This document shows, piece after piece, positions 9,655 to 18,970 of a stretch of 40,139 nucleotides of DNA (position 1 is its first letter; every line of letters starts with the position of its first letter). This DNA is from a virus. Location of the stretch: UHGV virus genome UHGV-0205097, one strand, 5' to 3'. Made by a program: the position numbers and the translations under genes. The notes under the pieces are model-generated. The model saw only the letters and a program-made list of their open reading frames with translations. It was not told the DNA's origin and ran no database searches.

Positions 9655-11944
9655 AAAAGTAATGTATGAGCTCCAAGGTGACGATACCGGCCTTATTCGT
9701 ACGATAAATAGTGCGTTAAAAAAGATTGACGCATTAGATGCAAAGTTGTCTCGTATAGCGTCACGCAAGGATATCTCCGCTGTAAAAGAAGGAGAAACTC
9801 GTGACGCTATTAAGCGTATCTCAGCAATAATGAGCTCGTTGAATGCGCTTGATAAAATGCGTACACAGTTGGCTGCAATTGATATAAGGTTCCTTACAAA
9901 AGACCAGCTTGCGTTGGTCAAGACTGCGGCAGCCGAAATCAATGCAATGTCTAAAAATTTAGGTAAAGCAACTGACGCAGGAAGTGTTACGCAAGAAACG
10001 CTTACAAATACAAGCAAGAGAATAAATGAGCTACGTAAAGCTTTTCGTTTGTCTAACATTGAGTTAGAGCAAACATCAAGCAATACGAACAGGATGAATG
10101 CTTCGTTTGAAGCTTCAACTCAAATAGCGGCTGACTTTAGACATGCAGTAAGTCGTTTAGCAGCTACTTTAAGACGTATTGTCGGAGTTATTCGAACCAC
10201 GTATCGTATCTCTTCAGAATTGTTTACACTTGCCGCGGATTTCGGCGAAACGATGAACAAATTTAACGTAGTTGCTGGTACCACAAGTAAACAGCTTAGC
10301 GAGTTTGCAGATAGTATGCACGATGCGTTTGGTATCGATATAAGCGACATATACGACGCTACAGCATCTTTTAAGAGTATATCTAACTCAATAGGACTTG
10401 CAGACGAAAAAGCAGTTACTTTTTCTACCACATTGTCCAAATTAGCAGTCGACTTGTCCTCGTTGTATAACACCTCTGTTGAGCAAGCTATGAATGCTCT
10501 TACTTCAGGACTTCACGGACAGCTAAGGCCTCTTAAAAATTACAACATTTATCTGTACGAAACAAACTTACAACAGACAGCACTTGCATATGGTATAACA
10601 AAAAATGTAAGTGCAATGAACGAATCGGAACGAGTACTTCTTCGTTACTTATCCGTATTACAGCAATCTAATGAAGCGCAAGGTGATATGGCGCGTACAT
10701 TAAAGTCCGCTGCTAACCAGATGAAGATTACGCAAGCCCAGCTTACGCAAGTCAAACGTAGCTTAGGTCAAATTGTTACAGTTATAGTAATGGTTGCCTT
10801 GCCTGCTATAAACGTAATATTTGCGGCACTTGCAAAAGTAGCTGAATTTATTGCACAAACATTGGGTTACTCATTAGAAGACTTTACAGTAGGTGTATCT
10901 AATGCGCTCGAAGATGGCGAAGATAGTATTGAAGATTATTCTGACGCACTAAACGGATTACTTGCTCCTCTTGACGAAATAAACACCGCTAACAAAGGTA
11001 CGAATTCACTCGAGGATGTTTTAGCAATTGATCCGGCTATACTGAATGCACTCGCAACCTATGACAACTTGATGGGTAGCATTTCGAATAACATAGGTAA
11101 TGTATCGGATACAATTGCCCGAGGACTTGAGGGTACGTTAATAGTTGATATGATTCAGCTTGCGGCGGGTGCTCTTAAAGTGTTTGGTCAAGCTATCGAT
11201 TTTGTAGTAGAACATTGGGAAGCATTTGAACCTGTGGTTAAGACACTTATAAATCTACTTTCGATTTTTTTAGGTATTACTGTTGTTAAAACCTTTATAG
11301 GTTGGGGTACAGCAATCGTTGGGCTTGTAGCCAAATTAAAGGCTTTCGCAATAACTGTTCCTTTAGCAACTAAAACGATCAACGGTGCCTTATTAACTAC
11401 GTCTTCGGCCGTATCCGGCCTTACACTTGCGCTTGGCGCTTTATCATTTGCCGCAAGTTATGCGCTGTTTTCAACTTTCTTCGACCAATTTGATAGTCAG
11501 ACACGTAAAACGATCGGGACAATTTCACTTCTTATATCACTCCTCGGTGCTGCAACTATAGCTTGGGCCGCTTATCACGGCGCTATGACATTAGGCGTAG
11601 CTATACCAGCACTTGCAGCTTCAATAGGTATTGCTGCTGCTTCCGCAAGAGCTGCGCTACCACAGATGGCAACCGGTGGTGTTGTGTCAAGTCCTACTGT
11701 AGCAATGATAGGCGAAGGTAAATACGATGAAGCAGTTGTACCGCTCGGTAATTCACCGCAGTTTAAGTCAATGAAAGAAAGCATCGCGGATGAAGTTGCG
11801 AATCGCGTAATAGGTCGGTCAAGTCTGTCCGCAAGCGAACAAAAATATATAATACTGAATGTAAACGGAAAAGAGTTTGCAAGAGCAATATTGCCTGATA
11901 TGGCTACGGTTGCTCCGCAAGTGGGGGTGACGATTAAACGATGA
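9635..11944 (+). CDS. Tape measure protein
   Basis: Long helical Ala-rich ORF with hydrophobic segments and C-terminal MATGGVV..PTVAMIGEG..EAVVPL motif. AGGAGG spacing favours TTG 9635 over 9626. Confidence 0.92.
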   Translation: MADTNTKKVMYELQGDDTGLIRTINSALKKIDALDAKLSRIASRKDISAVKEGETRDAIKRISAIMSSLNALDKMRTQLAAIDIRFLTKDQLALVKTAAAEINAMSKNLGKATDAGSVTQETLTNTSKRINELRKAFRLSNIELEQTSSNTNRMNASFEASTQIAADFRHAVSRLAATLRRIVGVIRTTYRISSELFTLAADFGETMNKFNVVAGTTSKQLSEFADSMHDAFGIDISDIYDATASFKSISNSIGLADEKAVTFSTTLSKLAVDLSSLYNTSVEQAMNALTSGLHGQLRPLKNYNIYLYETNLQQTALAYGITKNVSAMNESERVLLRYLSVLQQSNEAQGDMARTLKSAANQMKITQAQLTQVKRSLGQIVTVIVMVALPAINVIFAALAKVAEFIAQTLGYSLEDFTVGVSNALEDGEDSIEDYSDALNGLLAPLDEINTANKGTNSLEDVLAIDPAILNALATYDNLMGSISNNIGNVSDTIARGLEGTLIVDMIQLAAGALKVFGQAIDFVVEHWEAFEPVVKTLINLLSIFLGITVVKTFIGWGTAIVGLVAKLKAFAITVPLATKTINGALLTTSSAVSGLTLALGALSFAASYALFSTFFDQFDSQTRKTIGTISLLISLLGAATIAWAAYHGAMTLGVAIPALAASIGIAAASARAALPQMATGGVVSSPTVAMIGEGKYDEAVVPLGNSPQFKSMKESIADEVANRVIGRSSLSASEQKYIILNVNGKEFARAILPDMATVAPQVGVTIKR

Positions 11945-12417
11945 TACCATTAAAAATAAATGATACCCATCTGTGCAAGATATTCGAGCCTACGCTTGAT
12001 ATAACAACCTGGACAGAGCAGGAAATTATTGATTATAGTATTCGTAACCAAATGTTTCCTACCGCTGTTACACTTACATCAGAAACCTATTCTAAAAACG
12101 CTACGCGTACAGCCAACTACGAATTGCAAAATTTAACATTAGTAAATCGTAAAGCAAAACCCGAATTTACCTGGAGGATAATCAAAGCTTCATATGTCGC
12201 AAATCTAATGAGCTTTTTGAATTATACATATAATTTCAAAAATGACGAAGGCGATATTGTTCCATACGAAGCTGAGATTATAAAAGTTGAATACAGGGAC
12301 TTTACAGGCTTGCGCACAATAAACGCTTATTTAGGCCAAACTATCGAAGGTACGTTAACTGAGTATGAGGGCAAATTATATTGGGAAAATTATAGAATAG
12401 CTTTTCCGGAAAGGTAA
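11941..12417 (+). CDS. Distal tail (Dit-like) protein, putative
   Basis: 158 aa immediately after TMP; RTANY and C-terminal IAFPER; synteny. Confidence 0.6.
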   Translation: MIPLKINDTHLCKIFEPTLDITTWTEQEIIDYSIRNQMFPTAVTLTSETYSKNATRTANYELQNLTLVNRKAKPEFTWRIIKASYVANLMSFLNYTYNFKNDEGDIVPYEAEIIKVEYRDFTGLRTINAYLGQTIEGTLTEYEGKLYWENYRIAFPER

Positions 12418-12421
12418 TTAT

Positions 12422-13009
12422 ATGACATTAAAAGTAAGAATATATTTTACCGATACGACAAAAGTATATAACGATAATTATATTGAAGACATTCGTTGTT
12501 CAGAAAACTTGACGAATTCTTCAATTGATATCGAACCCGGTATATGCGAACAATACGCAGAGATAACACTTTACGATAGAGATGGTGATATCCACGATAG
12601 AGCTTCTTCTGGTACGTTAGCGAAAAAACAGAAAGTAGAAATACTTATTGAAGATGGGGAATCAATAGGTACATATTTTACTACTGAATGGAACGTACCG
12701 GGAGAAAGTTCTTCTATTACAATAACTTGCAGCGATCCGTCAACAACGTTTGACGATATTCAGATAGAATCTGCAGGCATAAAAACACGTACAGTGGATG
12801 ATTTACTTACCTTAACATTTGAACAAATAAAAAGCGTAGTATGGCAATATATCGATACAGATACACAAGCTTATTGTAAAAGTATTCGAGTACCTAATAG
12901 TTGGTATTACGCAAATAGTGCGAAGAGTACACTTAATAAAATTTGTTCATTAGGTATGTTACGCATTTACTGGTACATAGATAGATTTATAGTAGCGAGG
13001 TGTTATTAA
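12422..13009 (+). CDS. Tail tip/hub protein, putative
   Basis: Beta-rich, IGTYF..W and ITITCSD motifs; synteny after Dit. Confidence 0.55.
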   Translation: MTLKVRIYFTDTTKVYNDNYIEDIRCSENLTNSSIDIEPGICEQYAEITLYDRDGDIHDRASSGTLAKKQKVEILIEDGESIGTYFTTEWNVPGESSSITITCSDPSTTFDDIQIESAGIKTRTVDDLLTLTFEQIKSVVWQYIDTDTQAYCKSIRVPNSWYYANSAKSTLNKICSLGMLRIYWYIDRFIVARCY

Positions 13010-14452
13010 ATGACACTTACACCATATATTTATCATTCAGGACTAAAGTGGTCATTACTTCCTAAAAATATTATTGATACGGTCGTCACAACACCTATCA
13101 ATAATACTATGGGAGATGAAACCGTAGTCCATACAGAATCTTTTACTACCAGTAGTTTAGGAAATTTACCTGTTGCAAATTCTGTTGCACCTACTTATAT
13201 ACGAACAATGCGGAATAAAGGTTCAACATTTGCAACAAGAAATTTCACTTACGCAAAAGCACGTACGGAAGCGTTAATAGCTACTGGCACTAAGAAAATA
13301 ACAACAGAAAAACCTGTAGCAGGTATACCTAATGTTGAATTAGTATTTTCCGGAACTTCTTCCGTTATTACTCGAGGCGAAAATTCATTTGACGATTACC
13401 CTACTCTTGAACAATTACAGGATAATACGTTTTCACTTGCGGAATGGATAGAATCCAATAAATCTTCCGCAAGTCAGGCGCTTACGTGGAGTTACGGCAC
13501 ACGTGCGTTTTCAATGAATCCTTGGGTAAAAAATATTATTACTGTGAACGACCCGCAAGCGGTGTCGCCGGCTGATATCTTTACGAATTGGGCGGAACAC
13601 GTAACTACATCAACAACAGCTGAAGTTAACAATTGGGAAGAACATTTTAATTATAATCCAGGTAATACTAATGCAGTACGTGTAAAACCTTATCTTATAG
13701 GAGGCGATCTTTTTGAAGAAGCCCAGAGAGCGCTATTACTTATCGATAATAGTATCAGTATTAGCGTAGAAGTTGTAAAAATCGATGACTACAATTTCGA
13801 AATAACTTGGGAAGCACCCGTCAGATTTGCTTATATTGCAGCGTCACAAAAGCGTGGTACAATTCTTGGTATAGCCACAGACATCGATAACTGGGCGTTT
13901 GTTGATAATATTACACAAATCGATGTGAACATTAAGAGTCAACCTTTTAATACAGATAAGGTAACGCGTAGCTATAGCTTGTCCGCAAGTAACACGTTAA
14001 CTACAAACGTTTCAAATGAACATCCTATCACAATAAATGGGGATGAAGTAATAACACTTGAAACTTACGTAGGAGTAGGACGTGATCCTTGGACCGAATA
14101 TATTGCGTCAACATTGTTGTTAAAATACAAAGAGGGCAAGTATATTGTTAATTGCACAGTTTTAGGTGATTGGGCAATACAAAACAATATACATATTAAC
14201 TCAGCTTTAACAGTACAGTTACTTGACGGCACTATTATTTCGAGGAACGGAGTACCGTGTTTCTTTGAGGTCAAGACTATCGAAAAAGTTTACAGAGGTG
14301 ATACTTTTGAGTTTAATTTAGGATTACTCGAAAGTTATACTGCAAATAAACTTGCGACACCTACTGGACTTACTATTACAGCAACATTAGATGCTACGCA
14401 GCTCAGTAAGCCGACAGGACTTACTATTACAGCAAATTTTGAAAGGGAATGA
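13010..14452 (+). CDS. Tail tip protein ending in two tandem FN3 A-strand-like peptides
   Basis: 480 aa; C-terminus KLATPTGLTITA-TLDAT-QLSKPTGLTITAN. Confidence 0.6.
   Translation: MTLTPYIYHSGLKWSLLPKNIIDTVVTTPINNTMGDETVVHTESFTTSSLGNLPVANSVAPTYIRTMRNKGSTFATRNFTYAKARTEALIATGTKKITTEKPVAGIPNVELVFSGTSSVITRGENSFDDYPTLEQLQDNTFSLAEWIESNKSSASQALTWSYGTRAFSMNPWVKNIITVNDPQAVSPADIFTNWAEHVTTSTTAEVNNWEEHFNYNPGNTNAVRVKPYLIGGDLFEEAQRALLLIDNSISISVEVVKIDDYNFEITWEAPVRFAYIAASQKRGTILGIATDIDNWAFVDNITQIDVNIKSQPFNTDKVTRSYSLSASNTLTTNVSNEHPITINGDEVITLETYVGVGRDPWTEYIASTLLLKYKEGKYIVNCTVLGDWAIQNNIHINSALTVQLLDGTIISRNGVPCFFEVKTIEKVYRGDTFEFNLGLLESYTANKLATPTGLTITATLDATQLSKPTGLTITANFERE
14366..14435 (+). repeat. 19-bp direct repeat GGACTTACTATTACAGCAA (14366-14384, 14417-14435)
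   Basis: Read directly; encodes the duplicated GLTITA strand. Confidence 0.9.
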
Positions 14453-14455
14453 TAT

Positions 14456-16813
14456 ATGATTACATTTTCTTGGAATTCTGTGCCTAATGCAACTGCTTAT
14501 TCAGTTGCATGGGCACCTACCCTTTCGGGTAATAAAAAGATACTTGTTGCAAGTCAAGCGGCAACAAGTTATTCTTTCGACGGCTCACATGTAGATGACC
14601 CTTATTATGTAAATAGGGATACTTATATGTTTGTTCGAGCGCTTGACGGAAGCAATTATGTATCTTCGGATTGGGCAAGTGTGGTAATGCAAATGAGAGA
14701 AGTTTCTATTGCGGGATCTCATATATCATCAACACTTGCTATAGGTGATTATCGAGTTGTAGTAGGTACAACTGTACCTTCGTTCACAATAACACCTGAT
14801 AAGGGTTATCAACTTACTGCCGAAGATATATCAATTGTAAATAACGGTGTTGATATTACTTCGCAAGTTTATAACGCAAATACTCATACTGTATCTTCGT
14901 TTGTAGTAAACGGTTCTGTGCAAGTTCTTGCGACAGCAGTACAGGCACAACTTGCGGCACCTGTAATAAGTTTGTCAGGATCAATAGTATCTTGGGCAGC
15001 TATTCCAGATGCAGAAAGTTATAAATTGTATGTTAATGGACAATTTACGGCTAATCTCGGAAACGAACTCTCTGTTGATTTGTCGCAAGTTATCGCGCTT
15101 AAAGTTCCTTACACTGTCAATGTACTCGCACATGCAAGTGGATTTAAGGACTCAGAACTTAGTAATACAATTTCATATACACCTAAACCCGATGCACCAG
15201 TACTCACTCTTAACGGTAATATTCTTTCATGGGTAGCAATTCCGAGTGCTACAAAATACACACTTGTAGCTATCTCGAATAGCTTATCATTATCGAAAAC
15301 AAAAACTGTAGACGCAAATACTACGTCGCTTGACTTGACCACGTGGACTGATCTCGTTCCAAGTTCTTGGACAATCGGCGCAATTGCATATGTTGGTGAT
15401 GTACGTAGTGATACATCTGATACCGTAACTTACGTTAATACAATTCAGTTGGCGTATCCCGAAACAGTAAATATATCCGGTAATGTGCTTACTTGGAATA
15501 ATGTCGCAAATAACTCGGGTTATGAAATATTGTATCGTAGAGTGAACGGTACAGGTGAAATATATCAGACTGATATAGTTGACACAGATATTACACAACA
15601 CACATTAACGGTAACAACAGCTGGCTCATATTCTATAACAGTAGTTACAATAGGTACAGGTTCTTATACGGATAGTGAAGAAAGTCCTTCTGTAACGTAT
15701 ACCGTTCAGAACAAGCTTGCAACGCCCACGATAGCGATTGACGGAAACACCTTAAATATAACAGATGTTGAGAATGCGCAGAAATATAAAATCTACGCTA
15801 ACGGGGAGCTTAAAACTACTATTCCAAAAGGAAGTACACAAACAACATATGATTTAACAAACCTTAATCTCAGCGCAGGTAATTATGCGATAACAGTCGT
15901 TGCCGAAGCAGAAGGATTTACAGATTCAGATGTAAGTAATTCAGTTAACTACACTGTTCAAGCTCAATTAGCCACACCTACAATAGCAATGAACGCAGAC
16001 GGTAAAACGCTTGAAATAACGGACGTAGAAAATGCAACGAGTTATGATGTGTATGTCGACGGAACGTTGAAAATAAATGTACAGAGAGTTACGGGGTATA
16101 CGGTTACTTTTGCATCTGATTTCTCAAGTATTGCTTATGCGGGTGGGGAGCTAAGTGATGTAACATTGACGGCAAATACTGGCGTATCTACACCGCTAAC
16201 AAGCACCGCAAGGGGATTAGTGTGGCAGGGAGTTTCTAATCTTATATCGTCTCGCAGTGTAGCTTTAGGTATAAGTTACACTGATGCGAGTGGTGCAAAT
16301 AAATCCTTTAATAACTATCTCGCATTGACTTCTGATATTACAATTACGTATGCAAATGATACTTGTCTAACAGGTGATACGCTCATTACTCTTGCAGATG
16401 GTACGACAAAGCGTATTGATACAATCACACTTGCTGACAGGGTGCTTGCATATAATCCCGAAACGATGGCTCTTGAAGCAGATGAAATCATTCGTTGCGA
16501 CAGCGACAAAATAAAGACACACAGCGAATATGATGTCTGGACATTTAGTGATGGAACAATTATCAAGACTGTACATCGCCATAGATTTTACAATGTTGAA
16601 CGTAATGCAATGGTTTATATGGACGAATGGAAAATTGGTGAACATGGCAGAAAAAAAGATGGAGTACTTGTTACACTTGTGTCGCATGAGAATGTCAAAG
16701 AAACAGTCAATCACTATACTATCTTTACGAAAAAACAAAACTATTTTGCGAACGGTCTTTTGAGTGGTAACAGATACACAAAGCCTATTGTATTCGCAAA
16801 TGATGGGAGGTAA
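14456..16813 (+). CDS. Tail fibre/adhesin with FN3-like repeats and a C-terminal Hint (intein-like) domain
   Basis: Repeats of the form LAxPxI..LSW.A.P.A..Y...DL....Y...V.A...G..DS..SN...YT. Hint domain from CLTGDTLITLADG (16364) to NYFANGLLSGN (16771). Confidence 0.8.
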   Translation: MITFSWNSVPNATAYSVAWAPTLSGNKKILVASQAATSYSFDGSHVDDPYYVNRDTYMFVRALDGSNYVSSDWASVVMQMREVSIAGSHISSTLAIGDYRVVVGTTVPSFTITPDKGYQLTAEDISIVNNGVDITSQVYNANTHTVSSFVVNGSVQVLATAVQAQLAAPVISLSGSIVSWAAIPDAESYKLYVNGQFTANLGNELSVDLSQVIALKVPYTVNVLAHASGFKDSELSNTISYTPKPDAPVLTLNGNILSWVAIPSATKYTLVAISNSLSLSKTKTVDANTTSLDLTTWTDLVPSSWTIGAIAYVGDVRSDTSDTVTYVNTIQLAYPETVNISGNVLTWNNVANNSGYEILYRRVNGTGEIYQTDIVDTDITQHTLTVTTAGSYSITVVTIGTGSYTDSEESPSVTYTVQNKLATPTIAIDGNTLNITDVENAQKYKIYANGELKTTIPKGSTQTTYDLTNLNLSAGNYAITVVAEAEGFTDSDVSNSVNYTVQAQLATPTIAMNADGKTLEITDVENATSYDVYVDGTLKINVQRVTGYTVTFASDFSSIAYAGGELSDVTLTANTGVSTPLTSTARGLVWQGVSNLISSRSVALGISYTDASGANKSFNNYLALTSDITITYANDTCLTGDTLITLADGTTKRIDTITLADRVLAYNPETMALEADEIIRCDSDKIKTHSEYDVWTFSDGTIIKTVHRHRFYNVERNAMVYMDEWKIGEHGRKKDGVLVTLVSHENVKETVNHYTIFTKKQNYFANGLLSGNRYTKPIVFANDGR

Positions 16814-16816
16814 ACA

Positions 16817-17284
16817 ATGAGTAAAACAACATTAGATTTATCAACATTGTCCGATATAGCGGACGGCGCACATACCGTAAAGGTTAAAGCAAAGGCTGAC
16901 GGGTACAGAGACAGCGAGTTTTCTAACGAAGTAAGCTATACGAAAGCGCCAGCGGGATATAATCTTACTACATCAAATGTGTCAATTCCAAACGAGAATT
17001 ACGCCTATTTTGATATTACGTTTGGTGATGGAACCACAAAAAGTGCACAATTAGGTGATAATACCACGATAGGCAATCAAAGCTCGATAAATTATCCCAA
17101 AGTAAGTAACCCTATACTCAATGTTATTAAAATTAGACTATATACATACAAGGATTATCCGTCAAAACCGTACATAAGAATGAAAACGTCTGGTACGGTT
17201 TTAGACAAGAGACAACAAGGCGGAAGTATAGAATTAGAGCTAACAGCAGATACGAGTGTTTTAATTTTGAACGGTTCCGCATAA
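16817..17284 (+). CDS. Tail fibre partner protein: C-terminal half of an FN3-like repeat + variable beta domain
   Basis: N-terminus SKTTLDLSTLSDIADGAHTVKVKAKADGYRDSEFSNEVSYT matches the second half of the repeats in 14456..16813; GGGAGG RBS. Confidence 0.7.
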   Translation: MSKTTLDLSTLSDIADGAHTVKVKAKADGYRDSEFSNEVSYTKAPAGYNLTTSNVSIPNENYAYFDITFGDGTTKSAQLGDNTTIGNQSSINYPKVSNPILNVIKIRLYTYKDYPSKPYIRMKTSGTVLDKRQQGGSIELELTADTSVLILNGSA

Positions 17285-17421
17285 ATGGTTCGAATATATT
17301 AACTTATGCCAAACTACAAAAACACACTTATAAAAACAACATCCGTTCCGGTTTTGGAATTGACGGACGAGATGTGCGACGAAGTAAAACGTCTCTTTGA
17401 GCTGAAAAAGAGGAATATAAT

Positions 17422-17544
17422 ATGCCAGTAAGAAAAGTAAAAGGTGGATATAAGTGGGGTACAAAAGGTAAAGTATATCCTATTAAAAAGCAAGCTGAAA
17501 AACAAGGGCGTGCTATTAAAGCATCCCAGAAAGGAGGTAAATAA
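17422..17544 (+). CDS. Small basic phage protein, 40 aa (absent from the ORF track)
   Basis: AAGAGGA RBS; MPVRKVKGGYKWGTKGKVYPIKKQAEKQGRAIKASQKGGK; stop abuts the next ATG. Confidence 0.7.
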   Translation: MPVRKVKGGYKWGTKGKVYPIKKQAEKQGRAIKASQKGGK

Positions 17545-17545
17545 A

Positions 17546-17764
17546 ATGATTTCGCTACTCAGAAGACACAATGTAGATTACAATAATATTTGTGAGTTTA
17601 TTGCTGACGCTGAAGTTGATATCAATACTGCTGATGAACAAATTGAAAAAATTCTCGGCGGGACTTGCGGCATACATTCAGCAATATTAGTAATTGATAC
17701 AAATAAAACTTACTATAAAAAATCTACAGGTGAATGGGTGCCATTAGGAGGTGGGAGCGCTTGA
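17546..17764 (+). CDS. Hypothetical protein (72 aa)
   Basis: AAGGAGGT RBS before ATG 17546; the track's start at 17444 is probably too early. Confidence 0.7.
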   Translation: MISLLRRHNVDYNNICEFIADAEVDINTADEQIEKILGGTCGIHSAILVIDTNKTYYKKSTGEWVPLGGGSA

Positions 17765-17940
17765 ATATAATAAAGGCTCCTTTGGCAACTATTATTCCGC
17801 AAGTAATAGGCGTCATTATTCCCGAGCCGCAAATATCACAACTAAGTAAACCCACAAATTTACAAATAAAAGCGGAGGTAAATAATTATGTATCAAGCAA
17901 CCGGAGCACTATTCGCAAAAAAAGACGTTCGCGATTATAA
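17761..17940 (+). CDS. Hypothetical protein carrying an FN3 A-strand-like peptide
   Basis: GGAGGT RBS, TTG start overlapping the previous stop; contains QLSKPTNLQIKAE. Confidence 0.5.
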   Translation: MNIIKAPLATIIPQVIGVIIPEPQISQLSKPTNLQIKAEVNNYVSSNRSTIRKKRRSRL

Positions 17941-18958
17941 AGCAAATTTTATAGCTGGCTCATTTGATTTTCCTGAAACATATGAGTGTCCTAATATGCC
18001 TGAACCAGTCGATCAAGGCTCAGTAAATTCTTGCGTAGCTTGTTCACTCAAGACAATAATAGAATGGCACTCAAGAAGACAAGGTGATGATTCACGACCT
18101 ATGAGTATAGGTTACATTTATGGTAATCGTGAAAATTCTACACATACTGGCGAAGGAATGTATACGCGCGAAGCGATAGGTTCAATTGTGACCTATGGTG
18201 ACTGTGCGAAAGAAGATTTCCCGGAGAACGTAGAAGTTCCGCGTGTAATAGAGTTGTTCAAGTCTCGCGTGACGCAACTTATTGATGTAGCTTATCCTAA
18301 CAGAATTACATCATACGCAGTGCTTACATCAGATAAAGCTACGAAAGCTGCACTGATGCAAAATGGTCCTGTAGTAATGGCTATGGAATGGTTCGGCGAT
18401 ATTACATTCGATAAATACTACATAATGCACACATCGTGCAAGCATTCATTTAAGAACGGCGGCCATTGTATGGTTATCTACGGTTGGAATAAAGATGGAT
18501 GGCTTGTTCAGAACTCATGGGGAAAGGATTGGCAAAACGGAGGTCGGTGCATTATTCCTTTCGATGTATCAATACGCGAACGTTATCAAATTGTTGACAA
18601 TTTTTCAGAAGCAATGAATAAAAAACGCATTGAAGACTTGACCAAACAAAATGAAGAACTTCTTCAGGTTGTCGCAAACTTGCGCCTTCAGATAGCTACT
18701 CTTACAGAACAGCTTAAAGAATTTAACGAGTATAAAGAACTCACGCAAGAGCAGATAAATAAAATCGATGATCTTTCTACAGAATTATTTAACGCAAATA
18801 ATAAACTGTACGAAAGTCTTGAAACAATTGAAAATCAGAAGAAGGAGATTGAAGCTTTGCGCAAGGAATTGCTCGAAGTGAAAAAACCCTATAACACCCC
18901 TTGGGGCAAGCTTATCGCAAAGATAATCAATCTCATTCTTCGAATATTTAGTATATAA
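17888..18958 (+). CDS. Papain-like C1 cysteine peptidase + coiled coil + amphipathic C-terminal helix (candidate lysin)
   Basis: DQGSVNSCVA (Gln/Cys), GGHCMVIYGW (His) and VQNSWGKDW (Asn) catalytic motifs; directly upstream of the holin. Confidence 0.85.
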   Translation: MYQATGALFAKKDVRDYKANFIAGSFDFPETYECPNMPEPVDQGSVNSCVACSLKTIIEWHSRRQGDDSRPMSIGYIYGNRENSTHTGEGMYTREAIGSIVTYGDCAKEDFPENVEVPRVIELFKSRVTQLIDVAYPNRITSYAVLTSDKATKAALMQNGPVVMAMEWFGDITFDKYYIMHTSCKHSFKNGGHCMVIYGWNKDGWLVQNSWGKDWQNGGRCIIPFDVSIRERYQIVDNFSEAMNKKRIEDLTKQNEELLQVVANLRLQIATLTEQLKEFNEYKELTQEQINKIDDLSTELFNANNKLYESLETIENQKKEIEALRKELLEVKKPYNTPWGKLIAKIINLILRIFSI

Positions 18959-18970
18959 GGAGGTAATCTT

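Noticed and set aside
17306..17431. 41-aa ORF MPNYKNTLIK..
   Set aside because: No RBS and no motif; may be a remnant at a cassette boundary.
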